A stretch of 35,903 bases of DNA, the filler included, from an uncultured Methanosarcinales archaeon (GTDB lineage Archaea; Nanobdellota; Nanobdellia; Woesearchaeales; CAYVYK01): the NCBI GenBank assembly GCA_964455675.1. It is 5 parts of 5 records of this genome, joined end to end, with 100 filler letters (N's around TTAATTAATTAA, not from the genome) between each part and the next. Parts side by side here need not be neighbours in the genome. Positions count along the whole stretch, not along the records: positions 1 to 13,196 come from CAYVYK010000021.1; positions 13,297 to 22,840 come from CAYVYK010000022.1; 3 more parts are not named here. One strand, given 5' to 3'. The notes beneath the pieces are model-generated. The model searched no databases. It was not told the DNA's origin and was given only the letters and a program-made list of their open reading frames with translations. Position numbers and translations under genes: made by a program. Positions 8,973 to 17,674 of this stretch are shown one piece after another (position 1 is the first letter of the stretch; each line of letters starts with the position of its first letter).

Positions 8973-10388
8973 TTACGAACGCACTCGTTCTTCTACTGCG
9001 CTCGCGCTGAGGACTTCTTCTGCTTTTCTAATGAATGCGTCTTCAATATCCCGTGGTATCAGGGCTCCAGCGGCGAGCTTATGCCCTCCTGCTTCCCCGC
9101 CAACTTCTTCGACGATTCTGCCAACGATTGCTCTCATGTCAACATCTTCATCCGAGTTAATGCCTGATATGCGGAGCGAGACTTTTGTTGTTCCATCCTC
9201 GTTCCATGCCATCGAGAGAATGTGTGTATGTTCCGGCAACTTCCCTGACTTTGCAAGCATCGATGCGAGCGTTCCAATCATCGTCGATGGAATGCTTCCT
9301 TGTGCATTGATGATGACGTATCCCGTTCCCTTGGTCACGCTTGTGCCAAACTCATTTTCTTCATACCACCGCATGAGGCTGACGATCTCTTTCTTGTAGT
9401 CGTTCAGTAAGGCTATTGCCTGGAGTTTGCTCTTGCGGTTTCCGATGCATGCTCCAATGCCAAGGGTCGCTTTGTTCATTCTGCCGCATGCGTTGAGGAG
9501 TGTTGAGAACTCTTTTGCTTCGCGAAGCGGCGTGTCAGGTTCTTCATCGAGCAATATGTAGCTGTTTCCAAAGATGTTTTCGGGATGTTTTTGTCCTAGT
9601 CGGCGAAGGATGATTGCTTCTGCGAGCCTTCGTTCCTCCTCAGCCGTCAGGTGCGAGAGCTTCGTCCAGTCGTTTCCTGCTTTTGGATTGATCCCGATCT
9701 CCTGGAGGAATTGCACGGCGCCAGATTCGCTTCCGGAAACACCCGGAATGTAAACGTCTGTGCTGTACTCAAGCGCTTTGTAGAGCGGCCTTGAGTGTGT
9801 GCCAAAGAGCCTAAGCCCTTTTTTGACTTCTATCTTGTGCGCTTTGACCGCCTTCGCAAGTATTTCTGAGTTGATGCGGCAGAATCCGTCTTGTTCTTGG
9901 ACGTCACCTATTGCTCCGATGATGGCAAGGTGCGCATTCTCCTCGTTCTTGTTGTCAAGTTCGCTCGTGAAGAGGTACACGACTCCTGCGCCTGAGATTT
10001 CCTTATCTCCCGTGATTCCGGCAAGGTGCGGGTTGATATGGATGAATCCTTCCGCGGTTGTACCCTCTGGGTCATGGTGGTCGAGGATGAGTACGCGCTT
10101 TCCGGCGAGGTTTTCAGCTAGGATCTTGAATTGTCCGCTCCCAAAGTCCGTGAAGATGTATGTACCATCGTCCTCGCGCGATAGTTCCTTGATGACCTGT
10201 TCGTTGAGCTGCTGAAAGATGCTGACCTTGTAGTGCGAGCCCTGGGCGTCAAGTGCCTTGATCATCAGGCTCGCGCTGCAGATGCCATCCGCGTCAAGGT
10301 GTGAGATGATGCGAAAGGGCCCGTTCCATGTTCGAAACGTGGCTGCTCCTTGCGCGATCAGCTCGTGGAAAGCCTTGTAGCTGTCCAT
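8973..10388 (-). CDS. recJ: RecJ/GAN(Cdc45)-like DHH-family exonuclease
   Basis: Motifs SHLDADG, FTDFG, LDHH, NACGR and GGHKLAAG (DHHA1). It lies directly downstream of rps15, a conserved archaeal gene pair. Start at ATG 10388, just after the rps15 stop. Confidence 0.9.
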   Translation of the reverse strand: MDSYKAFHELIAQGAATFRTWNGPFRIISHLDADGICSASLMIKALDAQGSHYKVSIFQQLNEQVIKELSREDDGTYIFTDFGSGQFKILAENLAGKRVLILDHHDPEGTTAEGFIHINPHLAGITGDKEISGAGVVYLFTSELDNKNEENAHLAIIGAIGDVQEQDGFCRINSEILAKAVKAHKIEVKKGLRLFGTHSRPLYKALEYSTDVYIPGVSGSESGAVQFLQEIGINPKAGNDWTKLSHLTAEEERRLAEAIILRRLGQKHPENIFGNSYILLDEEPDTPLREAKEFSTLLNACGRMNKATLGIGACIGNRKSKLQAIALLNDYKKEIVSLMRWYEENEFGTSVTKGTGYVIINAQGSIPSTMIGTLASMLAKSGKLPEHTHILSMAWNEDGTTKVSLRISGINSDEDVDMRAIVGRIVEEVGGEAGGHKLAAGALIPRDIEDAFIRKAEEVLSASAVEERVRS

Positions 10389-10390
10389 CC

Positions 10391-10846
10391 TTAATCCGTG
10401 TAGATCTTGGCTTGTTCTGGGTCGTACTTCCATGTTTCGGGTAGTTTTCCCGTGTTCTTGTAGTACTTCACGAGCCTTTTAATCTTTGATTCTGTGAGGA
10501 GTAGTCCTCGGTGCGCGGTCATGTCCTGTTTGTTCTGTCCTATGTGCTTTCTGATGCTGACCGCTTTTGTGATGAGCGCAAGGAGATCTTCTGGTAGCTT
10601 CTGCCCAAGATTCTTCTCGTCCAGGATTTCCACAATTTTCTTGTTTGTGAGGGTGCGTACATCAGGAATTCCGTACACGTCGCGCAGGATCATTCCGATC
10701 TGTGACGGTGTCTTGTCTTCTTTGGCAAGCTTCATGATGAGAAGCTCAACTTCTGATGCGGTGTATCGTACCCATGAGGGTATTGACTTTGTTGCGGGTT
10801 TTGTGCTTCCAGCTTTTCCTTTACGTCGTGAATGCATTCGTGCCAT
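10391..10846 (-). CDS. rps15: 30S ribosomal protein uS15 (archaeal S15/S13e type)
   Basis: MARMHSRRKGKAGS...PSQIGMILRDVYGIPDV...LPEDL...ESKIKRLVKYYK; GGAGG ribosome-binding site before ATG 10846. Confidence 0.97.
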   Translation of the reverse strand: MARMHSRRKGKAGSTKPATKSIPSWVRYTASEVELLIMKLAKEDKTPSQIGMILRDVYGIPDVRTLTNKKIVEILDEKNLGQKLPEDLLALITKAVSIRKHIGQNKQDMTAHRGLLLTESKIKRLVKYYKNTGKLPETWKYDPEQAKIYTD

Positions 10847-10945
10847 AGTGGCATCCTCCAATCGAGAGAATCTCTCCAGTGTAGCCAAGCTTTTGACCGA
10901 GCTACCTCTCGAATCTCGTCAGAAGAACCAAAGGCGCTTTATAAG
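10847..10945 (-). promoter_or_regulatory. rps15 promoter (TATA ~10937-10945) and ~70-nt structured 5' UTR
   Basis: CTTATAAAG box. UCGAGAG/CUCUCGA stem (10906-10912 with 10862-10868) encloses a GUAGCU/GGCUAC stem (10900-10905 with 10881-10886) just upstream of the ribosome-binding site. Confidence 0.5.
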
Positions 10946-10955
10946 CGTTGCGCTT

Positions 10956-11543
10956 CTAGAATATAACAAACCCTGATAGTGAGTAGTGGAGAATCACCAT
11001 GAGGATTACGGATAGTACTGCGAGAATCACTGGTTCTGGTTGTTTGCTTTTTATGAGCGTCGCGCCGAGGTGAATGACAAGATAGCTGTAGAATGTGGTC
11101 GTGATAAGATACCCAAGGGCAAGGAGGAGTGTTGGCAACAGTCCAAAATATCCGAGCTGTGCATGCCAGTCTTGTTGGAATGCGAAAGCGATTGGTACTA
11201 CGGCTCCGACGTTGACCAGCCTGTCCTGGTTGATGATGCCCGCCTGGACGGGGAGTAGCACTGCGATGATGACGGCAATGCTGAGTTTTGTCCATGTGAA
11301 TGAGTACATCATTCGGATCGTTTGTTTCTGATACTGTAGTGTTTGGAGGATGACGCGCATGATCCAGAACCCTGTCGTTACAGTGAGTAGGAAACTTAGG
11401 AGGGGAAGGAGTGAAGATCTCGTGAGCAGCTCATATACGTGAGGTGGAAGTACTGCGCGAAAGAGCAGTATGATCAGGAAGAATATGGCGATGAGCGGCA
11501 CAAAGAGCACGACTCCAAGGTAGATTGCATCCTTTTCCTTCAT
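10956..11543 (-). CDS. Hypothetical multi-pass membrane protein
   Basis: About 5 hydrophobic segments. Likely start ATG 11543, ~25 nt after an AAAATATATATA box; the ORF track starts at 11585. Confidence 0.7.
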   Translation of the reverse strand: MKEKDAIYLGVVLFVPLIAIFFLIILLFRAVLPPHVYELLTRSSLLPLLSFLLTVTTGFWIMRVILQTLQYQKQTIRMMYSFTWTKLSIAVIIAVLLPVQAGIINQDRLVNVGAVVPIAFAFQQDWHAQLGYFGLLPTLLLALGYLITTTFYSYLVIHLGATLIKSKQPEPVILAVLSVILMVILHYSLSGFVIF

Positions 11544-11588
11544 ACGTCTGTACCTGGGTAATACAGTATATATATATTTTTTCAAGAA

Positions 11589-13085
11589 TTAAGCAGTTCC
11601 GTTACCGCCTTTGAGGGCGATGCTCTCAAGGTAATTTGTGACAAGCCGTACTCCGTATCCCGTCGCGTATTTTGGGATGTACTCTTTTTTCTTGTCAAGC
11701 CACGCCGTTCCTGCGATGTCGATATGCGCGAATGGTGTTTTTTTCACGAAGAACTGCAGGAATGCTGCCGCGCTGACTGCTCCGCCGTACCGCCCTTGTT
11801 TTGCTCCAAGTGATCGATAGTCAGCGATGTCGCTTTTCATCTCCTCCTTGAACTCATCATAGACTGGAAGTCTCCATAGGAGTTCGTACGTTTCTTGTCC
11901 GCTCGAAAAGAGTGCATCGCCTAGCGCGTGCGCCTCGTCGTTCGTGAAGAGGCCTGCGATGTGATACCCAAACGTGATCATGATTGATCCCGTGAGCGTT
12001 GCGAAATTGATGATTTCTTTAGGATTGTATTTTTCCTCGACAAAGCTCAGCGTGTCAGCTAGGATCAGTCGTCCTTCGGCGTCCGTGTTGCTGATTTCGA
12101 CGAACTTCCCGTTGTACGCTTTGAAGATGTCTCCTGGCTTGTAGCTTTTTGCGTCGATTGCGTTTTCCACGAGGGGCATAGCTGCGACGATGTTAAGGGG
12201 CAGATTGAGTTCTGCGGCTGTTTTGATGATACCAAAGGCTGTCGCTCCTCCCGCCATGTCCATGCGCATTTCCTCGAGCCATCCGCTTGGTTTGAGGTTG
12301 ATTCCTCCGGTGTCAAAGCACACCCCCTTTCCTACGATCGCGATTGGTGGTTGGTTCTTTGGTCCGTTGAAGTATTCAAGGATAATGAGTTTTGCTCCTG
12401 TTTCGCTTCCGCGGTTCACGGCAAGGAGTAGATTCATCCCAAGTTTTCCAAGCTCTTTTTGTTCGATCATGCGTGCTTTCATCTTGAGCTTCTTTCCACC
12501 GTAGTAATAATAGTCACCAAGCTTGTCGATGTTGGTCTCATAGCTTGTCTCGTTCACAAGGTCCCGCACCATGTTTGTGTTTCTGCAGACAATTTCGCTC
12601 CTGTCAAGGATGCGCTTGACTTCATTTTCAGCAAGGTTCTCCATGCTGACGATATCTATCTTGGTTATTGGTTTTGTTTTCTGTTCGCTTTTGTAGCGGT
12701 CGAACTGGTAGTTTGCGAGCTGGAATCCTTCCGAGAGGCTTTCGATGACCGTAAGGGTGTTCATTCCCTGGATCGGTCGTAGCATGACGACTGCGTCCAT
12801 AACGTTGATGTCCTTGAGCTTATCCGTGATCTTTCCTGCGGCTCTGCGGAGTTTCTCCTTGTCCATCTTCTCGTCTTTCCCAAGGCACATGAATAGGTAT
12901 CGCTTGAACTTGTCTCCGTTGTAGATGACTGTGGAGCTGTAGAGCTCATCTTTGATGTCTGCGTGAGCGGGTAGCTTGCTCATCGGGTATTGGTCACGCT
13001 GCGTAAGCTGCTCTGAACTAAAGAAATACACGAGCGCTTCACCTTCAAGGATCCCCGCATCCGCTTTTCGATAGTTAATCTTCAT
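11589..13085 (-). CDS. pepA: Leucyl aminopeptidase (peptidase M17)
   Basis: Motifs GKGVCFDTGG, DMAGG, NTDAEGRLILAD and HIDIAG; a G-rich ribosome-binding site precedes ATG 13085. Confidence 0.95.
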   Translation of the reverse strand: MKINYRKADAGILEGEALVYFFSSEQLTQRDQYPMSKLPAHADIKDELYSSTVIYNGDKFKRYLFMCLGKDEKMDKEKLRRAAGKITDKLKDINVMDAVVMLRPIQGMNTLTVIESLSEGFQLANYQFDRYKSEQKTKPITKIDIVSMENLAENEVKRILDRSEIVCRNTNMVRDLVNETSYETNIDKLGDYYYYGGKKLKMKARMIEQKELGKLGMNLLLAVNRGSETGAKLIILEYFNGPKNQPPIAIVGKGVCFDTGGINLKPSGWLEEMRMDMAGGATAFGIIKTAAELNLPLNIVAAMPLVENAIDAKSYKPGDIFKAYNGKFVEISNTDAEGRLILADTLSFVEEKYNPKEIINFATLTGSIMITFGYHIAGLFTNDEAHALGDALFSSGQETYELLWRLPVYDEFKEEMKSDIADYRSLGAKQGRYGGAVSAAAFLQFFVKKTPFAHIDIAGTAWLDKKKEYIPKYATGYGVRLVTNYLESIALKGGNGTA

Positions 13086-13180
13086 GACTCCCCCTGACAA
13101 GGATGCGGGGGACCAGGGTATAAAAAGCTTTTGTTAAGGAATGAAGAGAAAAAAGAGAGAAGAAGTAAAAGAAAAGAGGC

Positions 13181-13196
13181 TTACTTGCCTCCTGCC
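13181..13196 (-). CDS. C-terminal stub (...AGGK*) of a gene cut by the contig end, followed by a T-rich terminator-like tract
   Basis: Minus strand reads GCA GGA GGC AAG TAA, followed by a ~40-nt pyrimidine/T-rich run (13143-13180). Confidence 0.35.
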
Positions 13197-13296
13197 NNNN
13201 NNNNNNNNNNNNNNNNNNNNNNNNNNNNNNNNNNNNNNNNTTAATTAATTAANNNNNNNNNNNNNNNNNNNNNNNNNNNNNNNNNNNNNNNNNNNN
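13197..13296. other. Artificial contig linker (N44-TTAATTAATTAA-N44)
   Basis: All-frame stop spacer flanked by Ns; four identical copies occur in the window. Confidence 0.98.
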
Positions 13297-13351
13297 GAAG
13301 AGCGTCATAACACTGCTTGTTTTTTTGGCGTTTATAACTGTTGCTGAAATT
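13297..13351. repeat. 55-bp contig-end overlap identical to 32198-32252
   Basis: GAAGAGCGTCATAACAC...GCTGAAATT is an exact match; both copies abut linkers. Confidence 0.95.
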
Positions 13352-13641
13352 ATTCTAAAAAAGGTATCACCATGAACCTAAGGCTCGTCCTGTCCACCCT
13401 GAAGGAATCCATTACATTGATTATTATGGCAGCCTGACGGCAAGCCCTGATCGAAAATACGCTCTCTGAATTAAATTATTACGAGCCTTCGGCGAGCCCT
13501 GTTCCCTGCACATTACGATCACGGAACAGGGCAATGACTGTTCTGACGATCACAACCGCGTGCGTATTCGCCGCAACGCGTCGAATTCCAGAAGGGGCTG
13601 GGGAACCATCCGTTTCATGTGTTCGGCGTTCGGAGTGTATT

Positions 13642-13694
13642 CAAAAAAATCGCTTCGCGATTTTTTGATTAAAAACTTCAAGGGAGTTTTTAAT
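13642..13694. repeat. Tandem AT-flanked hairpins (REP-like palindrome family)
   Basis: CAAAAAAATCGC-TTC-GCGATTTTTTG (13642-13667), then ATTAAAAACT/AGTTTTTAAT (13668-13694). The first resembles 22692-22715 and 35844-35868. Confidence 0.7.
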
Positions 13695-13783
13695 TCCCCC
13701 CTGTACTAATTCATGAAGCCACTCGAGATTGTTTAAGGACGCATCCTAATTGAGTCGGCAGCGTTATCTCATTAATGCGTGAA

Positions 13784-14491
13784 TCATCGCGGATGCCAGC
13801 GCAATGGTCGATCAAACGAGTGCTTGTGGTTGTCGCGAATAAGCATACCATCATGATAGCGATAAATCAGGGGCTTACCCATGGGAAGCTCGAGATGAGG
13901 GATATCACGATCGGAAATGTTATCAATGTGCTTGATGATACCGCGCAAGCTGTTCCCGTGCGCTGAGACGATCACGTTCTTCCCCTGACGGATGTGCGGC
14001 ATGATGTGCTTTAGGAAGTATGGAACAGCACGATGACAGGTGTCCTTCAAGCTCTCCCCACCTGGCGGGCGAACGTCATAACTCCGGCGCCAGATCTGGA
14101 CCTGTTCCTCACCGTACTTCTTGCGCATATCGTCCTTATTCACGCCCTGAAGCTTGCCATAATAGCGCTCATTCAAGGCGGAACTCGTAAAGATCGGAAT
14201 TTCTTCCCTCTCAAACATGTCAGGATGCAGCGACCAGGTTTTTTCCTTTCCGGACTCGTGCAGGAAGATACCCGTGCGGTTCTGACGAGAGAGGATGAGC
14301 AAGAGCGTCGCCTGCGCGCGCTCAAGCTTGGAAGTGAAGGCAATGTCAAGATTAAGGCCGCGAAGATGGGAAGCGCTCGTCACCGCCTGGCGGATACCGC
14401 GCTCACTTAGCGGAACATCAACCCAGCCAGTGAACTTGTTCACAAGATTCCAACGAGACTCACCATGACGCACGAGTACGAGATACCCCAT
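13784..14491 (-). CDS. gpmA: 2,3-bisphosphoglycerate-dependent phosphoglycerate mutase
   Basis: Motifs LVRHGESRWN, FTGWVDVPLS, LNERYYG, WRRSYDVRPP and AHGNSLR. Confidence 0.95.
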   Translation of the reverse strand: MGYLVLVRHGESRWNLVNKFTGWVDVPLSERGIRQAVTSASHLRGLNLDIAFTSKLERAQATLLLILSRQNRTGIFLHESGKEKTWSLHPDMFEREEIPIFTSSALNERYYGKLQGVNKDDMRKKYGEEQVQIWRRSYDVRPPGGESLKDTCHRAVPYFLKHIMPHIRQGKNVIVSAHGNSLRGIIKHIDNISDRDIPHLELPMGKPLIYRYHDGMLIRDNHKHSFDRPLRWHPR

Positions 14492-14527
14492 GATACACCT
14501 CTTTTCAAGAACCAGGACAATTTACGG

Positions 14528-15151
14528 TTAAATATCTTTCGCCAGAAGATCCTCAATGGTTGCACGGAACGGAACAAACGGATTGTCTTTGCTCTTATGA
14601 CGATCCTCAAACCACCCAGAGTATACCTGAAATACCGGATCACTCACGGCGCGGATGGCAACTGCGTGACCCTGCTCATGACCGTGCACGAGCATGTACC
14701 GCCCGATCACGGGCTGCGAGAAGTACTGCGTATTGATGGGAAGCGCATAAATGCCACCAAACCCCCACACCTTGCCGGCCGAAGCATCAGCGATGCGGAC
14801 ACTGCAACCCTCAGTGTGCTGAAGGATGCCAAGCATCAGATGTTCAGGAGTAGATTTTCTCGCGGCAGAACGAGCGAACAAGTACAGACGCATGATATGG
14901 GATTCCTGATCAAGACCCTCAAAATAGTCCTGAACAGATCTCATCTCAAAGAAGCCCTTGATCGCAAGACCGCAGACGTGTGGAAAAGCAAGCGCAATAT
15001 CCCGAAGCGGCAACTCGCGAGTCTCTGTCCGTCCCGCACGATCTCGGGCGAGGGCTTTCCAACGGTTCGCCTCGTCAATACCTGGACGGTCCTTGAGCGG
15101 ATAGCAGGTCGCAAGATATCTTAACTCTAGAGGGGTCAGTCGCAATTCCAT
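14528..15151 (-). CDS. Hypothetical protein
   Basis: 207-aa ORF with a TATA-like TTAAATAA ~22-29 nt upstream, co-oriented with gpmA. Preferred over the antisense ORF 14465-15124. Confidence 0.65.
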   Translation of the reverse strand: MELRLTPLELRYLATCYPLKDRPGIDEANRWKALARDRAGRTETRELPLRDIALAFPHVCGLAIKGFFEMRSVQDYFEGLDQESHIMRLYLFARSAARKSTPEHLMLGILQHTEGCSVRIADASAGKVWGFGGIYALPINTQYFSQPVIGRYMLVHGHEQGHAVAIRAVSDPVFQVYSGWFEDRHKSKDNPFVPFRATIEDLLAKDI

Positions 15152-15228
15152 ATGAGAAGGGAACCGATAGAGTTATTTAAGGACTGCGGGAACAACATTT
15201 AATAAATACAAAATACCATAAGTAGGAT

Positions 15229-16092
15229 ATGTGGGATGTAATATTCTTTGCATTTGGTGCGATGATTTCATGGGCGGTCGGAGACTTCCTTATCCAGCGA
15301 TCAACACGAAAAGTTGGGGATGCAAACACACTCCTTGTTATTGGATTCATTGGATCAGCCATGCTGCTCCCATTCGTATGGAAGGAGCTATACCTTCTGA
15401 CATCAGGACCATACTTGCAATTCCTCCTCTTGTTGTCGATCGTGAATGTGGTGGTTTCACTCATTAACTTCGAAGCACTCAAGAGTGGAAAACTCTCGGT
15501 TATTGAAGTGCTGCTCGAGATAGAACTGCCGGTCACGATTGGCCTCGGCATCATCTTCTTCTCGGAAACATTAACGATTACACAAGTTGTCCTCATCATC
15601 CTATTATTTGTGGGTATGGTCATGCTCGCCATGAAAGAGTACCCTATAAAAATTGAAAAGCTCGAGCACGGTTTCTGGCTTGCGGTGCTCACCGCGCTCG
15701 GTTATGGGGTAGTGAACTTTCTCGTCAAGAAAGGTGCTGTAGACGGATCACCGCTCCTCACGATCTGGGTAAGCTGGACGATGATTACCGTCGTCTGTTT
15801 GGCACTCGTCATTTCCAGGAACGGGATTGGATCACTGCAGCAGGCTGCACGCAAGCACAGCACACTCTTCATCTCGATGGGAATACTGGACACTCTTGCG
15901 TGGGTATTCTATGCATTCGCTGTACGAGACAGCAGCCTGTCCATTACGACGGCTATCACAGAAAGCTATCCCGCGCTTGCACTCGTGCTTGGCCTATGGA
16001 TCAACAAAGAATCCGTAAAGAAACATCAGCTTGTGGGAGCCGCGATCATGCTCACGTCAAGCATCCTCATTGGGCTCACCACTACATTATAA
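15229..16092 (+). CDS. EamA/DMT-family transporter
   Basis: About 10 TM segments in two repeats; FEALKSGKLS...GIIFFSE and ESYPAL...LWINKE patterns. Confidence 0.9.
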   Translation: MWDVIFFAFGAMISWAVGDFLIQRSTRKVGDANTLLVIGFIGSAMLLPFVWKELYLLTSGPYLQFLLLLSIVNVVVSLINFEALKSGKLSVIEVLLEIELPVTIGLGIIFFSETLTITQVVLIILLFVGMVMLAMKEYPIKIEKLEHGFWLAVLTALGYGVVNFLVKKGAVDGSPLLTIWVSWTMITVVCLALVISRNGIGSLQQAARKHSTLFISMGILDTLAWVFYAFAVRDSSLSITTAITESYPALALVLGLWINKESVKKHQLVGAAIMLTSSILIGLTTTL

Positions 16093-16108
16093 AAAATAAT
16101 AAAAAAGG

Positions 16109-16510
16109 TTAGTCCAGGCGCTCCGCGTAGACGAGTCCGTCCTGAATCTGATATTCTCTGAAACCGTCCTTGGCAAGCTGCCTCCTCGCAGTACAATTAT
16201 CCACGCTCGTTTTCACGAACCATCGACGGTAGTTGGTGTCATCTGCCACTTTGTTCAGGAGTTGACGCGCATGACCGCTGCCGGGATGACGCATCACCCC
16301 AAGCCAAAGGTATAGATCACCCTTTGCTTCGTACCAGACCATGACGCCCTCGATTGCCTCATGATCACGCAACAGGACAATACCATGGTTACGGCTGCAC
16401 AAGCGGTCGCGAACCTCCTGCTCTGTCAAGCCAGCCTTTTCAGGGATGCTCTGCCTAATCAGCGGCAGGCAAGCGATGAGGTCGTCTAATGATCCTTGAA
16501 TGATGTCCAT
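16109..16510 (-). CDS. GNAT-like acetyltransferase
   Basis: LYLWLGV..HPGSGHARQLL resembles motif A and N...R.L.K.GF resembles motif B; overlaps the stop of the upstream gene. Confidence 0.6.
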   Translation of the reverse strand: MDIIQGSLDDLIACLPLIRQSIPEKAGLTEQEVRDRLCSRNHGIVLLRDHEAIEGVMVWYEAKGDLYLWLGVMRHPGSGHARQLLNKVADDTNYRRWFVKTSVDNCTARRQLAKDGFREYQIQDGLVYAERLD

Positions 16511-17452
16511 GCTACCACCCGCTGATGCAGATCATCCAGGTCAGTGTATGAGGGGACGGCAACCCTGCAGTAGCCCATGCCTTGAATTCCGGGATTCTCG
16601 TTCAGGTTCACAACGCAAACATTCAGCTGCCGCATCGTGGAATATAGATTCCCATTCCTTGCCATGACAAAATGTGTCCGACTTGGGACAACATGGCAAT
16701 GGAGGTAACCAGCCAGCATACGGGATAGCAGGTTCCTGCGCATATCCACATCATGAAGGACTCTACCAGATTCCGGATGCGCAAATACGCAAGCCGCATC
16801 GTACAATGAGTCCTCCGAGGGACGGGATACCCTGATACGCTCGAGCAATCGCGGATGACCCAGCGCGTAGGCGACACCGGGCATTCCATAAAATTTGGAA
16901 AAAGTCCGGATGACGACTAATCCCTCGTTATGTGGCACAGCTGACGCTAGCGAGTGCGCTTCGCGATCAAATTCAGCGTACGCCTCATCAACAACAAGGC
17001 ACTGGCCTTGCGCATTCGTTTGGCGAAGCAGCCGCGACAGATCATGGACAGTACCTGTGGGATTGTTCGGATTTGAGCAGAGGATGGTATCCACTCCCAA
17101 TGGAATTTCGGGAATCGTGAATCCGCGCTCGATAGGCTCGTAACTCGCACAAAACCGGGGGAACTCCACGTAGTCAGGAACAAGGATACCCACATGGCCC
17201 ATCTGAGGCATCAAGCAACGCAACACATCAAGCGCGCTTCTTGCCACAAGCACATGATCTATTGGCAGTCGGTAACGGTTCGCAATCCGCTCCCTCAAGG
17301 GCACGCTATTCGCTACCGGATCGAAGCGTGCGTGCGTGCACAGCGTGTCAAGATCGAGGCTTTTCCCAGCAATAAACGCCTTCTTCGCAATGATCTGTGA
17401 AAGCGTCTACGCTATCTACCATACGATCGAACTGTGTATTCAATTGATTCAT
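16486..17452 (-). CDS. PLP-dependent class I/II aminotransferase (HisC/CobD-like); probable +1 frameshift near the 5' end (intact frame 16486 to ~17406)
   Basis: Motifs SNPNNPTG, VVDEAYAEF and RTFSKFYG (PLP Lys). The frame stays open ~34 codons upstream of GTG 17304. The only strong ribosome-binding site (GAGGTGA) precedes ATG 17452 in another frame. Confidence 0.75.
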
Positions 17453-17674
17453 GGGTCTCACCTCAGAGACAACAGTGTAATTGCTGGACTTTTACCATCA
17501 AGGAGAATTACCTGCCATGGTTCATTTCTTAGCAACACTGATGTTTAGCATCAATGAGAATCAGAAACTTATGATGACAGTGGCATCTACTTAAACCAGT
17601 AATGCACAGTCCACTGTTCGTACTGTGATGCCATAATTCCAGAAGGAACCGACGGTGGTATAAATATTTTTTGC

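Noticed and set aside
13241..13252. TTAATTAATTAA palindrome repeated four times
   Set aside because: Artificial all-frame-stop scaffold linker.
13372..13437. 21-aa micro-ORF MNLRLVLSTLKESITLIIMAA
   Set aside because: Too short, with no distinctive features or independent support.
14465..15124. 219-aa plus-strand ORF
   Set aside because: It overlaps the gpmA start and is antisense to a 207-aa ORF that has a properly spaced TATA box.
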